64,000 bases of DNA from sequence record LR756501.1. One strand, 5' to 3'. Both the position numbers and the translations under genes were made by a program. Each line of letters starts with the position of its first letter. Within the stretch, counting starts at the first letter, position 1. This document shows, piece after piece, positions 46,144-57,564 of the stretch. A model generated the notes under the pieces. It had not been told where the DNA came from, searched no databases, and saw only the letters and a program-made list of their open reading frames with translations.

Positions 46144-46775
46144 ACAAAGAAGAACAACAATATTATTTAGATAAATTACAACCATACGTTGAAGATTTTG
46201 AAGGAGAACGTTTTCACGAACATTATTTCATTCTACACTATCTCATAGATCAATTAGATAGAGACGTGAGATATTTAGAAGTTGGATTATGGGACGGTGC
46301 CAGTTTTTGTTACGTTGCTCAACATCCTAAAGTAAAAGAAGTATATGGTATAGATATTAAAGTAAGAGAACTCCTCTATAAAAACCTAGATAAATATCAA
46401 ATCAATGCTGGTATATTTCAAACAAATTCAAATGATAAATCAATTTTAGAATTAATAAAAGGTAAATTTGATTTAATATTCATAGATGGTAGTCATAATT
46501 ATTTTGACGTTATTAAAGATTATACAGTATATAAAGAACTTGTAGAAGTTGGTGGATATTTAGTGTTTGACGATTATATGGATAAATTTTCACCTGATGT
46601 TAAGAAAGCTGTAGATTACATGAGAAATATAGATAATTTCAAAGGTTTTGAAATAATTGGTAGTCTGGAACAACATATACCTATTTACTACGATTATAAA
46701 ATGGTTGAAGGTAAAGTAGTGAAAATATACGATTCACTCGGCACTCTTAATAATTACATCTTGAAGAAGTTATAA
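46140..46775 (+). CDS. Class I SAM methyltransferase (Methyltransf_24-like)
   Basis: YLEVGLWDGAS; FIDGSHNY; GGYLVFDDY. Confidence 0.88.
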   Translation: MNKEEQQYYLDKLQPYVEDFEGERFHEHYFILHYLIDQLDRDVRYLEVGLWDGASFCYVAQHPKVKEVYGIDIKVRELLYKNLDKYQINAGIFQTNSNDKSILELIKGKFDLIFIDGSHNYFDVIKDYTVYKELVEVGGYLVFDDYMDKFSPDVKKAVDYMRNIDNFKGFEIIGSLEQHIPIYYDYKMVEGKVVKIYDSLGTLNNYILKKL

Positions 46776-47879
46776 ATCTAAAAAGAATAATAAATTTTTA
46801 GATGTTCTGAATTCCATTCTTACGCGGTTGGCTTCACAATTATAACTATGATAGGGAATGTACCAACTTTCCATACCAGCTAAAGCTGTATAGTTTTTAT
46901 GTTCCCAATTCTTTTTATCTCCAGTATAGAAATAAAAACTCACATCGTGTTCAGGTGTAATATCTATATTTGGTCTCACAAATATTCTATCAACCTCACA
47001 TCTAATTGTGAAATCATTTATAGTTATAGGTGATAGAAATTTTAGTTCGTCCTTAACTATATTATAAATTTCATTATAATCTTCGATCCAAACATTTTTA
47101 CAATTAGATTTTGTTCCCCAAGTAATATGTCTCAATTTAGAAGAAGCACAAATATATGTTTTTTGTGTATTTTTCAAATTCTTTTCCATCCAACTGAAAA
47201 CATAAGGACCTGTCGACCTTCCAAATATCACGTCACAAAACAAAGATAAATAAGATATATCTATCAACTCTGGGGCTATGTCCGATGTGAATAAAACGTT
47301 AGGCTTATCTAAAGCTATTCTCTCTGTTAAAAGAAATTGAACATACGGATAATCATCTGATAATCTATTGATTATATCTAAAAAATTAATTTCCTTTATA
47401 GACTGGTAGGCAAACACGGGTCCATTCACAACAAGAACTTTTGGGTATTTATTAATTTCGATAAAGGCGTCAACCTTAGTTTTATCGATTGTATCAAAGT
47501 CTATGAATGGTACGTAGTCTCTTTCGTCTCCAAGTTTTATTCCTAATTTTTCGTATATGTGTGTAAATAATCTATAAAAAACACCAGATACAGTACGATC
47601 GGGTGAATCAACTTCTTCGTTAAATAAAGAATTATAAAATCCTATCCAAACATTTATATACAAATCGTTATTAACTCTTAATACAATAGTGGAATCTTGG
47701 CAATATTCGTTTGTTTTACCATATACCAAATTAGGAATATCACTTAATACTCCAGGATTATTGTTGTGTAAATATTGATATTCATCAAAATGTGTTTTCT
47801 TCATTATATCTCTAATATACGACCTTGTGAAATGAATATCACCATTATGCCATAAATTATAAAATATTAATTTACCCAT
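46770..47879 (-). CDS. GT-B/GT9-like putative glycosyltransferase, paralog of 55462..56571
   Basis: HNGDIHFTR N-terminus and IFGRSTGPY (GT9-like IGxDSGP); neighbour of a GT9 gene. Confidence 0.55.
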   Translation of the reverse strand: MGKLIFYNLWHNGDIHFTRSYIRDIMKKTHFDEYQYLHNNNPGVLSDIPNLVYGKTNEYCQDSTIVLRVNNDLYINVWIGFYNSLFNEEVDSPDRTVSGVFYRLFTHIYEKLGIKLGDERDYVPFIDFDTIDKTKVDAFIEINKYPKVLVVNGPVFAYQSIKEINFLDIINRLSDDYPYVQFLLTERIALDKPNVLFTSDIAPELIDISYLSLFCDVIFGRSTGPYVFSWMEKNLKNTQKTYICASSKLRHITWGTKSNCKNVWIEDYNEIYNIVKDELKFLSPITINDFTIRCEVDRIFVRPNIDITPEHDVSFYFYTGDKKNWEHKNYTALAGMESWYIPYHSYNCEANRVRMEFRTSKNLLFFLDL

Positions 47880-48723
47880 AAAATTCTTTTATTTTTTTAT
47901 AAACGTAACTAACATTAATAGAATCACATAATTCTTCATTGTAATCTTTAGTGTAGAAGTACTTATCCTGTAACGGACTTGTTATCTTTATAGTTCTTCC
48001 GTAATCATATATCTCGTGAGGTGAAGTACTATTAAATAAAGCTATCACCTTCTTTTTAAGAGCTATAGCTATATGCATTCCAAATGTATCTGGACAAACT
48101 ATTAAACCACAGTTGTTTATATCATCTATATGTTCTTTAACGGTTGGTTTTATATCTAAGAAACTAACGTCGTAATCTTTTTTAAGTAAATTATATAATT
48201 CATCAAATCCGTTCCATTGTTTACTCTTCCATACACCGTTAACTGTTTTTATTAATCCTATTTTATTTGATTTAATTGTTTCGTAATCAAATACATATTC
48301 TTGTTCTTCCCATTTTCCGCCAACCATTTCTATAAGAATTTGGTTATAGGATATTCTATTTTCTTTTTTCAATTTATTAGCGATACATTCACCGTAGTTA
48401 CTTATAAGGGACATATTGAACCAGTATTTACTTTCTACTGTATATGTTTTATGTTTATCAATTCCAACAAGTTTATCGTAAGAAGGACGCTCGTCGAAAG
48501 GATATTCTTCATTAAGGCTGATAACTAAATCGTAGTTTATTGTGCTGTAATAAGGTGATAAATCTTCTATAAAAAATAGTTCTTTAATGAGTTTTGAGTT
48601 AAGAATATCTATGTTACGGACTGATGTTAACCAATATATATTGTCGTGTTTAAACTGATTAAGGAGAATAGTAGTCCTCAATACGTCACCATGCGGTCCT
48701 ATGTTAATTATTAAAACATTCAT
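47872..48723 (-). CDS. GT9-family (heptosyltransferase-like) glycosyltransferase
   Basis: GPHGDVLRTT; IVCPDTFGMHIAIALKKKVIALF. Confidence 0.85.
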   Translation of the reverse strand: MNVLIINIGPHGDVLRTTILLNQFKHDNIYWLTSVRNIDILNSKLIKELFFIEDLSPYYSTINYDLVISLNEEYPFDERPSYDKLVGIDKHKTYTVESKYWFNMSLISNYGECIANKLKKENRISYNQILIEMVGGKWEEQEYVFDYETIKSNKIGLIKTVNGVWKSKQWNGFDELYNLLKKDYDVSFLDIKPTVKEHIDDINNCGLIVCPDTFGMHIAIALKKKVIALFNSTSPHEIYDYGRTIKITSPLQDKYFYTKDYNEELCDSINVSYVYKKIKEFYG

Positions 48724-48753
48724 ACTAAAACATAATATAACGAAAAAACAAAA

Positions 48754-49488
48754 TTGTTTATGAAAAGATTACCTATTGACTATGTTTCATCTAGAGATAA
48801 GCATTATTTTCTTTTTAAACAAGATATAGGTTTAACAAGCTGTATAAGGGAAGGAAGATTATGGGAGCCACACTTATACGAAGCAATTAAAGATTACGAT
48901 TTAAAAGGTACCAACATAATAGATATTGGTGCAAATTTAGGTGCTCACACTCTCGAATTTGCAGAAATAGTTGGCGATGAAGGTAAAGTCTACGCATTTG
49001 AGCCACAGAGAATAGTTTATTATCAACTATGTGCCAATATAATAGCAAATGGATTCGATAACGTCATCGCTATTAATAAGGCTTTATCTAATAGGAATGG
49101 AGTAACACATATAGAAAAACAAAATTTTTATTTAGACGGATTATTAAATATAGGTGATACTCACATATCAAATGAAGGCGAATTAGTAGATGAAATAAGA
49201 TTAGATGATTTGCGTTACGATAATGTTAGTTTAATAAAGATGGACGTGCAGGGTTACGAACCATTTGTTCTTGATGGGGCGATAGATACAATATGGAGAA
49301 ACAAACCAATTATTTTAATTGAAATAGAAGAAAGCCAATTAGTTGGGTTTAATAAGTCTACAAGTGATGTGATTAATTTTTTCAAAAGTATTTCTTACGA
49401 TGTTAAAAAAATACACGATATAGATTATATAGCGACACCAAAAAATAATAGCAGTTTTGTAGTTTATGCAACCAAAAATAGATTATGA
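48754..49488 (+). CDS. FkbM-family methyltransferase
   Basis: [33 protein letters not shown]. Confidence 0.92.
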   Translation: MFMKRLPIDYVSSRDKHYFLFKQDIGLTSCIREGRLWEPHLYEAIKDYDLKGTNIIDIGANLGAHTLEFAEIVGDEGKVYAFEPQRIVYYQLCANIIANGFDNVIAINKALSNRNGVTHIEKQNFYLDGLLNIGDTHISNEGELVDEIRLDDLRYDNVSLIKMDVQGYEPFVLDGAIDTIWRNKPIILIEIEESQLVGFNKSTSDVINFFKSISYDVKKIHDIDYIATPKNNSSFVVYATKNRL

Positions 49489-52400
49489 ATACGGTGATTA
49501 CACTTACGGTGTACCAAAGACTAACGGTGAGGGCGAATTAAAAATAGGTAAATTTTGCTCTATCGCTGAAGATGTTAAATTCATATTGTGGGGGCATAAA
49601 ATAAATTTATTTTCTACGTACCCATTTGGTCATACGGAACAAACAAAAGATATGTCTCCGTCTAATGATCATTTAGTAAAAGGTAAAATCGTAGTTGGTA
49701 ACGATGTTTGGATAGGTGATGGAGCAACAATAACTTATGGTGTTACAATAGGCGATGGAGCCGTTATATCAGCTAAATCTTACGTAACTAAGAATGTAAA
49801 ACCATATACTGTTGTAGGTGGAAATCCAGCAGAGTTCTTATTTACAAGATTCAGTAAAGATGTAGTCGATATTTTATTGAAATTGAAATGGTGGGATTTG
49901 CCACACGATGTGATAAAAAATAATATAAATATAATGACGTCAAATAACGTAGAAGAACTAAAAGCATTTTATAAAATTTCTAAAATAGATGAAATAGTAA
50001 ATAAATCATTTGACTACCACCAAACTCAACAAAATAAATGGGAATACGGTGAATTACTTAAAAAGTTGATCCAATATAGAAAAACGGAAAGTATTCTAGA
50101 GATTGGAGCGAAATATGGTGGCACAACTTACGGATTTTGCAACACATTTGATAAGGTCGTATCTATTGATATTTTTAAAGAGGAACAAATTAACGAATTA
50201 GAAAAGACATATAACAATTTAACTTTTATTTTAGGTGATTCACACGCCCAATCTACAAAAGATAAATTGAATGGAATGAAATTCGACGTTATTTATATAG
50301 ACGCCGAACATAATTACGACGGTGTGAAACAAGATTATTTAGATTATAAAGAATTTATAAAAGACGACGGTATAATAGTATTTCACGACATTAAAAGAAC
50401 TTCGTGGACTGATGATATAGGCATTCAAGTACCTTTATTATGGGAAGAAATTAAAAATGATTATAACTACGAAGAATTAATTAATAACGATAATGATTGT
50501 TACGGAATAGGTTTATTGTTTAAAAAAAACATAGAAAGAGAAATGAAAATATTAGTTTTTTCCTGTTGTTTTAACGAGGAACACATGTTACCATTCTATC
50601 TTGACTACTACTCCAACTTCATAGGAGCAGATAAAATCGTTATAGTTGACGGTGGAAGCTCAGATAGATCTCAAGATATAATTAAAGCAAATTCAAAAAC
50701 TGAATTAATTATTGACGTACAAGAAAAACTAGACGATAGACATTTAAACGATCTTAGAAACGACGGCTGGAAACCATATAGAGATCAATATGACTGGGTT
50801 ATAGTTTGTGATATAGACGAATTTATATACCACCCTAATCTCAAGGAAAAACTTAAAGAATATGACGAAAATGGTATAACTATACCATTAACAGAAGGTT
50901 ACGATATGATTAGTAAAAAGTTTCCAAAATTCGAAGAAGGCAAATATTTACCAGATATAGTAAATAGAGGAGTAAGAGATTCTGTTTTTTTAGATAAAAA
51001 ATCAATATTTAAATCATCTATTGATATTAATTATCATATAGGTAGTCACGGTTGTGATCCCATAGGATCAGTTAAATACAGCGATACAAGAGATATAAAA
51101 CATTTACATTTTAAATGGGTAGCACATAAATACATGACTAGAAGATCAGCTGGTGTAGCAGATAGATTAAGTGATTGGAATTTATCAGGTGGTTGTGGAT
51201 CACATAATCGTCCTTTCAGTTTAACTTCTATATCTGATTTCAATAAAAGATGCGACTTTCAATCTGTACAGGTTATAGGGGAAGAAAATAAAACTACACC
51301 TCTTTACGCTTTCTCACATAATTACCTTGTAAATAATTGGAACTATATACTGGATAACCAACTTAGAATATTAAAAGAAAGCGGATTATACGATGAAATT
51401 ACTACTTTATTTATGTACGTACATGGTGACGATAAAGAGTTTAATAAATTTCAAGGAAAAGTGAATTCTTACGATAATTTATTCAGAATTAATATAGTCA
51501 GAATAGAAGAAAATTTCTTTGAATATCCCACTCTTCAAGCTTTATATGAATTTGTTAAAATAGAAAATGCTTACATTTTATATTTTCATTTGAAAGGAGT
51601 GTGGAGTGTTTATAATAGTACTGGAAACCGTCTAGCTATAGATAGTTGGAGAGAATGCCTTGAATATTTCAACATAGAAAAATGGAGAGACTGTGTAAAA
51701 AAATTAGACGAAGGCTACGAAGTAGTTGGCGCTCTTTATAATTACAACGAAAAAGAACCACTCTTTAGTGGTAATTTTTGGTGGGCTAACTCTAAATATA
51801 TCAAGAAGTTACCAAAATTGGAATACGTTAAAGAGAACGATCCTGATCCAGATGAAGAAGCTAAAACTTGGTGTAGAGTTGAATGTGAAAAATGGATAAA
51901 TAGAATACCAAATAAATTCTACAATTTTTATATTCCAAAAGATTACGGATTTTATTATATGCCAATAGATACAAAAGATTACAAAGAAAAATCTTATTAC
52001 AAGATAAGTGTTTTAATACCAACATATAATAGATTTAATCTTTTAAAAGATGCTATACAATCTGTGTTGGATCAGAATTACGATAATTTTGAAATTCTTG
52101 TTTGCCACGACGGTCCTTCAGATGAATATAATAAATTTAAAGAAGATAATAAAAACGATAAAATATTTTATTACGAAGTGCCAAGAAGAAATAACTACGG
52201 TGCCGCCCAAAGAAACTTTATGTTAGAAAAGGTAACAGGTGATTATATTCTACACTTAGACGATGATAATATAATCTATCCTGGTTATTTTGATAAAATG
52301 ATCGCTCAAATTGATAACAAGACTGGAATGGTTATTTGTAGAATTCATTATAACGATAAAGAATGGACTAACTACGTACTACCATTAGCTGATAGAATAC

Positions 52401-54733
52401 AAGATTGTGAAATAGATCAACTAGGAATATTGTTTAAGGCAGATATTGGTAAAATGTTTACGTGGGACGATTATTTTGGACACGACCATAGATATATTAA
52501 AGCCTGTGAGAATGTTATCAACGCACAAAATTTGAAAATTAAATACATACCCGATGTTTTAGCAAGTCATAGATTCTTCGGTGAGGTAATACCTAGAATT
52601 GTAATAGTTCATCATTGTTATTTAAGATACGGCTGGAAAGATATATTAGAAGAACAAATATTCTTAATGAAGAATAACGGTTTATACGAAGGGTGTACAG
52701 AAATATTTGCTACAATTTACGCTGACGATAAAAATAATATTAAAGAATTTAGAAGCATTATAGAACAAGAAGACACACTCAAAAAATGGAAAATAATAGA
52801 ATTACAACAAAATAATTACGAGTACGACGCTCTTAAACATCTTAAAAAATATAGTGAAGATAAACACGCTTATATTTGTTATTTCCACTTGAAAGGTGTT
52901 ATAAGTAAAGAGATCGATCCGAATGTGGGTATTCCAACTTGGAGAAAGTACCTCAATTATTTTACTATAAATAAATGGAAAGAAAATATTGAACACTTAA
53001 AAGATAACGATATAGTTTGTGTTGATTGGAATTTTAACGATATGCACCAAAAATATGTTTTAGGCGGACATTTCTTCTGGACTAAATCAGCGTACATAAG
53101 AACTCTTCGTGAACCAGAAAATAACGAAAATAGATTTCTTTCTGAAATATGGATAACTAGTAATCCAAATGTTAAAATACACGAGAATTTCAATTACGAA
53201 AAAATAGGATATAAGAATCTTTATTTACAATGGTTTCAACCTTTAATCTATAGGACAGATCACGAGGAATACGCCAACGAATTAGTATCTTGGTCTTTTA
53301 GAAAATACGGTGAACAAGAAAATAAATATGAATATAAAGACTTTATTAAAGGTTTAATGATCAATAGTTTAAATCAAAGTATTTTAGAAATTGGTTCAAA
53401 ATATTACGGATCGACTTATTGTTTTTGTAACATGTTCGATAAAATTGTATTAATTGATAAATATGAAACAGAACAAATTAAAAAATTAAATAAAGAATAT
53501 AATAATTTCAGTTTTATTCTTGAAGATAAAGACGCTAAAGATAAAGTAAAGGGGATGAAATTCGACGTTTTATATTTACGAAACGAATATAAAGATTGTC
53601 TAAAAGAAGATACAGCCTTAATTTTTCACGATTTTAAATATAAAGAGGAGGAGCCAGTTGTGATTGAACCAGTTGCTGAACCAATTAAATTCGTAAAACC
53701 AAAAACTGTTTATATTATTACTTCTCATCCTAATTATAAAATGTCTGAGGACATAACTAAAAAGACTTTAGAAAATATTAGAACGTTCGGCGAAAAGGTC
53801 ATACTTTCGGCTCATTGTCCTGTATCACCTGATATACAAAGATTGGCAGATTATTTTGTTTACGATAAGAATAATCCTCTTATAAAACACGACTTCTATA
53901 CAAACAGTTGGTTTCCACACGATGACTACCACGCACATTTGAATATAACAAAAGAAGACAATAATTTCAATCACGCTCTTGGTGTTTTTTTGAATTATTA
54001 CAACAGTTTAATTTTAGCCAAGTCACAAGGATTTAATACTGCGGTTTGTACTAATTTTGATATGGTATTCAGTGCAGAAGACAAGAAAATTATAGACGAA
54101 AGAATATACAAAATGAGAATGGAAGGCAAAAAAGCTTTCTTTATGAGGTCCAAACCAGCAGAAGGAGTACATTATAAAACAATATTCTTTATAACAGATG
54201 TTGATTATTTTATTAATACCTTTAAGTATATAGCCAACGAAAAATTATACACAGAAGAAATGCAGAAAGTTGGTTCAAATACTAATTGTCTTGAAAACTT
54301 TGTATATCATTCTTTGAAGAATAAAACAAATGATCTTTTACTTGAGGAAATAAATGAGGAACAATTATTCCCAACAAGTCAAATCAATTTATTCTCTTTA
54401 ATTGAATATAATACTATATTACCAGTTGAGAACGAACCAGATAAATTTATTATATGGTTTAGTTCGGCAAACTCACTTGATAGTAGAGATTTCAATATAG
54501 CTGTGAGAAAGAACGGTAATATCATATTAACTGATCTTAAACCAATTGATAAAAAGTTTATATATTACAAGAAAGTTAAATTCACTAAGGGAGATAATTT
54601 TGAAATTAATTTCAGAGTTATTAACGGCAACGAAGTGTTAAAGAATAAAATTATAAGAGTTAACGACGAAGTGTTTAATGATATTAAATCTTACGGTAAT
54701 TTTATAGATAGAAAAAACATAGAAAGCATATGA
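49466..54733 (+). CDS. 1755-aa multi-enzyme glycan-modifying polypeptide: hexapeptide acetyltransferase, methyltransferase, two GT-A domains, two copies of an unknown domain, degenerate methyltransferase, C-terminal GT-like domain
   Basis: [22 protein letters not shown]; [21 protein letters not shown]; CCFNEE..VCDIDEF; [14 protein letters not shown]; two FHLKGV..W..F.I.KW..G.F.W repeats. Confidence 0.9.
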   Translation: MQPKIDYEYGDYTYGVPKTNGEGELKIGKFCSIAEDVKFILWGHKINLFSTYPFGHTEQTKDMSPSNDHLVKGKIVVGNDVWIGDGATITYGVTIGDGAVISAKSYVTKNVKPYTVVGGNPAEFLFTRFSKDVVDILLKLKWWDLPHDVIKNNINIMTSNNVEELKAFYKISKIDEIVNKSFDYHQTQQNKWEYGELLKKLIQYRKTESILEIGAKYGGTTYGFCNTFDKVVSIDIFKEEQINELEKTYNNLTFILGDSHAQSTKDKLNGMKFDVIYIDAEHNYDGVKQDYLDYKEFIKDDGIIVFHDIKRTSWTDDIGIQVPLLWEEIKNDYNYEELINNDNDCYGIGLLFKKNIEREMKILVFSCCFNEEHMLPFYLDYYSNFIGADKIVIVDGGSSDRSQDIIKANSKTELIIDVQEKLDDRHLNDLRNDGWKPYRDQYDWVIVCDIDEFIYHPNLKEKLKEYDENGITIPLTEGYDMISKKFPKFEEGKYLPDIVNRGVRDSVFLDKKSIFKSSIDINYHIGSHGCDPIGSVKYSDTRDIKHLHFKWVAHKYMTRRSAGVADRLSDWNLSGGCGSHNRPFSLTSISDFNKRCDFQSVQVIGEENKTTPLYAFSHNYLVNNWNYILDNQLRILKESGLYDEITTLFMYVHGDDKEFNKFQGKVNSYDNLFRINIVRIEENFFEYPTLQALYEFVKIENAYILYFHLKGVWSVYNSTGNRLAIDSWRECLEYFNIEKWRDCVKKLDEGYEVVGALYNYNEKEPLFSGNFWWANSKYIKKLPKLEYVKENDPDPDEEAKTWCRVECEKWINRIPNKFYNFYIPKDYGFYYMPIDTKDYKEKSYYKISVLIPTYNRFNLLKDAIQSVLDQNYDNFEILVCHDGPSDEYNKFKEDNKNDKIFYYEVPRRNNYGAAQRNFMLEKVTGDYILHLDDDNIIYPGYFDKMIAQIDNKTGMVICRIHYNDKEWTNYVLPLADRIQDCEIDQLGILFKADIGKMFTWDDYFGHDHRYIKACENVINAQNLKIKYIPDVLASHRFFGEVIPRIVIVHHCYLRYGWKDILEEQIFLMKNNGLYEGCTEIFATIYADDKNNIKEFRSIIEQEDTLKKWKIIELQQNNYEYDALKHLKKYSEDKHAYICYFHLKGVISKEIDPNVGIPTWRKYLNYFTINKWKENIEHLKDNDIVCVDWNFNDMHQKYVLGGHFFWTKSAYIRTLREPENNENRFLSEIWITSNPNVKIHENFNYEKIGYKNLYLQWFQPLIYRTDHEEYANELVSWSFRKYGEQENKYEYKDFIKGLMINSLNQSILEIGSKYYGSTYCFCNMFDKIVLIDKYETEQIKKLNKEYNNFSFILEDKDAKDKVKGMKFDVLYLRNEYKDCLKEDTALIFHDFKYKEEEPVVIEPVAEPIKFVKPKTVYIITSHPNYKMSEDITKKTLENIRTFGEKVILSAHCPVSPDIQRLADYFVYDKNNPLIKHDFYTNSWFPHDDYHAHLNITKEDNNFNHALGVFLNYYNSLILAKSQGFNTAVCTNFDMVFSAEDKKIIDERIYKMRMEGKKAFFMRSKPAEGVHYKTIFFITDVDYFINTFKYIANEKLYTEEMQKVGSNTNCLENFVYHSLKNKTNDLLLEEINEEQLFPTSQINLFSLIEYNTILPVENEPDKFIIWFSSANSLDSRDFNIAVRKNGNIILTDLKPIDKKFIYYKKVKFTKGDNFEINFRVINGNEVLKNKIIRVNDEVFNDIKSYGNFIDRKNIESI

Positions 54734-55446
54734 GAGATAAAGAATATACTGTCTTATCACCAGAAGGGGTTTACGTTAAAAGAATATTCAGAGAAGATAA
54801 TATAATTTTTGACGAATATAATTTGATTTACTCAGAGATGTGGAAAAATGCAGATTATGATTCTAATGGATGTATATATCAAAGACACGGATGTGTGATA
54901 GAGAAAGGGGATATAGTTTTAGATATTGGTGCTAACGTTGGATTATTTACTAATAGGGCTGCTTACGATGGTGCTTCAAAAATAATAAGTGTGGAACCAT
55001 CTAAATTATCTTTTAGATGTTTACTTGATAATTTACCAGATAACGCTGAAGCCTATAAATTTGCTATATCTGATAAAAGAGGTTTCGAAACTATCACTAC
55101 ACCGAATATAAATCATTTGGGGTGTGCTACAGTATCTAATATAGACGAATGTTATTCGACAGAGAAAATTTATACAACAACCATTGATGATTTATACGAA
55201 TGCGGTATAATAGAAAAGGTAGATTTTTTAAAAATTGATACGGAGGGATGTGAAGTTAAAATATTTAAGGGAATTTCTGATACAACGATTGAGAAATTAG
55301 GCATTAAAAAAATAGCTTTTGAATTTCACGATAATCTTGATCAATCTTTAATGGAAGATATAATCCATAAAAGATTTGTTCCTTTGGGGTTTAAATTCTT
55401 TGTTCTATTTTGCACAATGAATAAAATAGTGAACCTTTGGAAATAA
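54730..55446 (+). CDS. FkbM-family methyltransferase
   Basis: [30 protein letters not shown]. Confidence 0.92.
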   Translation: MRDKEYTVLSPEGVYVKRIFREDNIIFDEYNLIYSEMWKNADYDSNGCIYQRHGCVIEKGDIVLDIGANVGLFTNRAAYDGASKIISVEPSKLSFRCLLDNLPDNAEAYKFAISDKRGFETITTPNINHLGCATVSNIDECYSTEKIYTTTIDDLYECGIIEKVDFLKIDTEGCEVKIFKGISDTTIEKLGIKKIAFEFHDNLDQSLMEDIIHKRFVPLGFKFFVLFCTMNKIVNLWK

Positions 55447-55461
55447 AAATATAGAAAGCAT

Positions 55462-56571
55462 ATGATAAACAAACTTATTTTTTACAACAATCATAACAAC
55501 GGTGATATACATTTCACTAGGGAATTCGTTAGAGACATAGTTCAAAAAACTAATTACGATGAATATTATTTTCTTCATAAAAGAAGTCCTAAATTATTAA
55601 TGGATATTCCTAACTTAAAACACGGTCCATTAAATGAAAATTGTAAAATTGATTCACCATTTCATATAATCAATAACGAAACATATGTTAATACACATCT
55701 TGGTGTTTACGAAATATTTGTTGATAAAGTGAACGATGTTAGTTTACCTATATTCTACGATTACTTTCAGATAATATTCAATAAGCTGAGAGTACCTATG
55801 GAAAAGAAAAAACATTACTTGCCAGTAATAGATTATAAACAATTTGAAATATCAGCAATTAACGAATATATCGAAAACAATAGAGCTTTTTCTAAAGTAA
55901 TTGTTTGTAACGGTGACGTGTATTCAAATCAATCCCTTCCCATCGATTTTAAAGTTTTGATTGAAAGACTGGCTAATGAATATCCAAAAACACATTTTAT
56001 ATTAACAGATAAGAAAGACGTTATAGAAAAAGAAAACGTTTTATATACATCTGATATTATTAAAGCTGGATCAGATCTAAACGAAATATCTTATTTATCT
56101 ACTTTTTGTTCGGTTATTATAGGTAGAGCTTCCGGTCCTTATTCATTTACAGAAGTGAAAGAGAATTTTAATGACGTTGATAAAACTTTCATATTTATTT
56201 GTAACATATATAGTGACGGTGCTTGGTACGACCAAACATTATGCTCAAAAGTGTGGATAAACAATTACGATTTTGAAAACATATACGAAACAATAAACGG
56301 TGAACTCAAAAAACAAAACAACTATAATAATTTAGTTGACGCAGTTAGTAAAGATAACAGAATAGTAATCACACCATTTGAAGACGTATCACATAAAGTA
56401 AGAATTGATTTCTATCAAGATAAAGAATTATTATATAGTTATAAAACAGATTTTAAAAAAGGCATATTCCACTGGATAATGCCTCACGGTTATTATAGAA
56501 CAGGAAACATTGTAAGGTGTAAATTTTATAACGACGAAACTAATCAATATTTATTTCAAAAGATAGTTTAA
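55462..56571 (+). CDS. GT-B/GT9-like putative glycosyltransferase, paralog of 46770..47879
   Basis: HNNGDIHFTR; IIGRASGPY; same length (369 aa) as its paralog. Confidence 0.55.
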   Translation: MINKLIFYNNHNNGDIHFTREFVRDIVQKTNYDEYYFLHKRSPKLLMDIPNLKHGPLNENCKIDSPFHIINNETYVNTHLGVYEIFVDKVNDVSLPIFYDYFQIIFNKLRVPMEKKKHYLPVIDYKQFEISAINEYIENNRAFSKVIVCNGDVYSNQSLPIDFKVLIERLANEYPKTHFILTDKKDVIEKENVLYTSDIIKAGSDLNEISYLSTFCSVIIGRASGPYSFTEVKENFNDVDKTFIFICNIYSDGAWYDQTLCSKVWINNYDFENIYETINGELKKQNNYNNLVDAVSKDNRIVITPFEDVSHKVRIDFYQDKELLYSYKTDFKKGIFHWIMPHGYYRTGNIVRCKFYNDETNQYLFQKIV

Positions 56572-57564
56572 ATCCATTACCCAATTCTTAATGGAAAGAA
56601 GTTCGTATTTAGAAACTATATCTTCGTCAAATAACTTATGATATACTAAACATAAATCAGTAGTCATACTTATTCCAGATAATTTAACACTATTTAGAAT
56701 ATCTATTAATCTTGGAACAACTAGATACATAGACATCTCGTCCTTAAAATCATTTAAATAATTGTGCTGATTTCTCACCTGATGAGTATCAGGACTGTGG
56801 AATCCTAAATTATAACCATATTCCCACATTATTCTTTGTGCTACATAACCTCTCAGAATATCAGTAAATCTAAAATTAACAGACATAGGTAAATACATCA
56901 ACGGGAAACATTCTTTTCTCCATAAAGTATTCTGTGTGTTAAACGGGCTATACAGTCCACTATTTAAAGAAATTTCTTTACCTTCTTCGAATTTTATATT
57001 TACCTTCTTATTCGTTAATCTATATATGGCGTCAACGTCAGTATCTCCATTTATTAAACCCTGCCATACTCCTATTTTAGATGTGGATCTTTCCTCTTTA
57101 TATTCTATGTCTTCGTTTATCTTTGTTATATCAAAACCACGATGCCATATATTCTCTTTGGTAAACAGCTTATAAATATTAATTACCCTAGATGGCGACG
57201 TTATTTTATTATCACATTCAAACTTAAAATCTTTGAGAAAATTATTATCATTTATAAATGTGTCGTCATCAGATTCATATATAACCTCAGCCCCATTAAC
57301 CATAGCGTAAATATAACCAATATTCTTTCTGGAATAATGGTTCTCTGGAGTAGTAGATATAGACCTATATTTAAAATCTAATTGATCATCTAACGATAAG
57401 AATATCAAATCTTTATAACTATAAGTTTCACTTTTATCGTCGCCAACTATAATTGTTTTAAAGTTATCTACTTGTGTAAATTGTTTAATATTATCGTTTA
57501 GTGGGTTTATTGTTGTTATTACTATATTATTCATATTTCTTTCTCCATAATCTATTATGCCCAC
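56551..57564 (-). CDS. STELLO/DUF288-like glycosyltransferase
   Basis: IVITTINP, IVGDDKS, NHYSRKNIGYIYA, IYESDDD, DTDVDAIYRL, FNTQNTLW, RFTDILRGY. Confidence 0.85.
   Translation of the reverse strand: MGIIDYGERNMNNIVITTINPLNDNIKQFTQVDNFKTIIVGDDKSETYSYKDLIFLSLDDQLDFKYRSISTTPENHYSRKNIGYIYAMVNGAEVIYESDDDTFINDNNFLKDFKFECDNKITSPSRVINIYKLFTKENIWHRGFDITKINEDIEYKEERSTSKIGVWQGLINGDTDVDAIYRLTNKKVNIKFEEGKEISLNSGLYSPFNTQNTLWRKECFPLMYLPMSVNFRFTDILRGYVAQRIMWEYGYNLGFHSPDTHQVRNQHNYLNDFKDEMSMYLVVPRLIDILNSVKLSGISMTTDLCLVYHKLFDEDIVSKYELLSIKNWVMDLNYLLK

Noticed and set aside
49466-49950. CatB/Vat-like antibiotic-resistance acetyltransferase
   Set aside because: It is the N-terminal domain of a glycan multi-enzyme; hexapeptide-repeat sugar acetyltransferases share these motifs.
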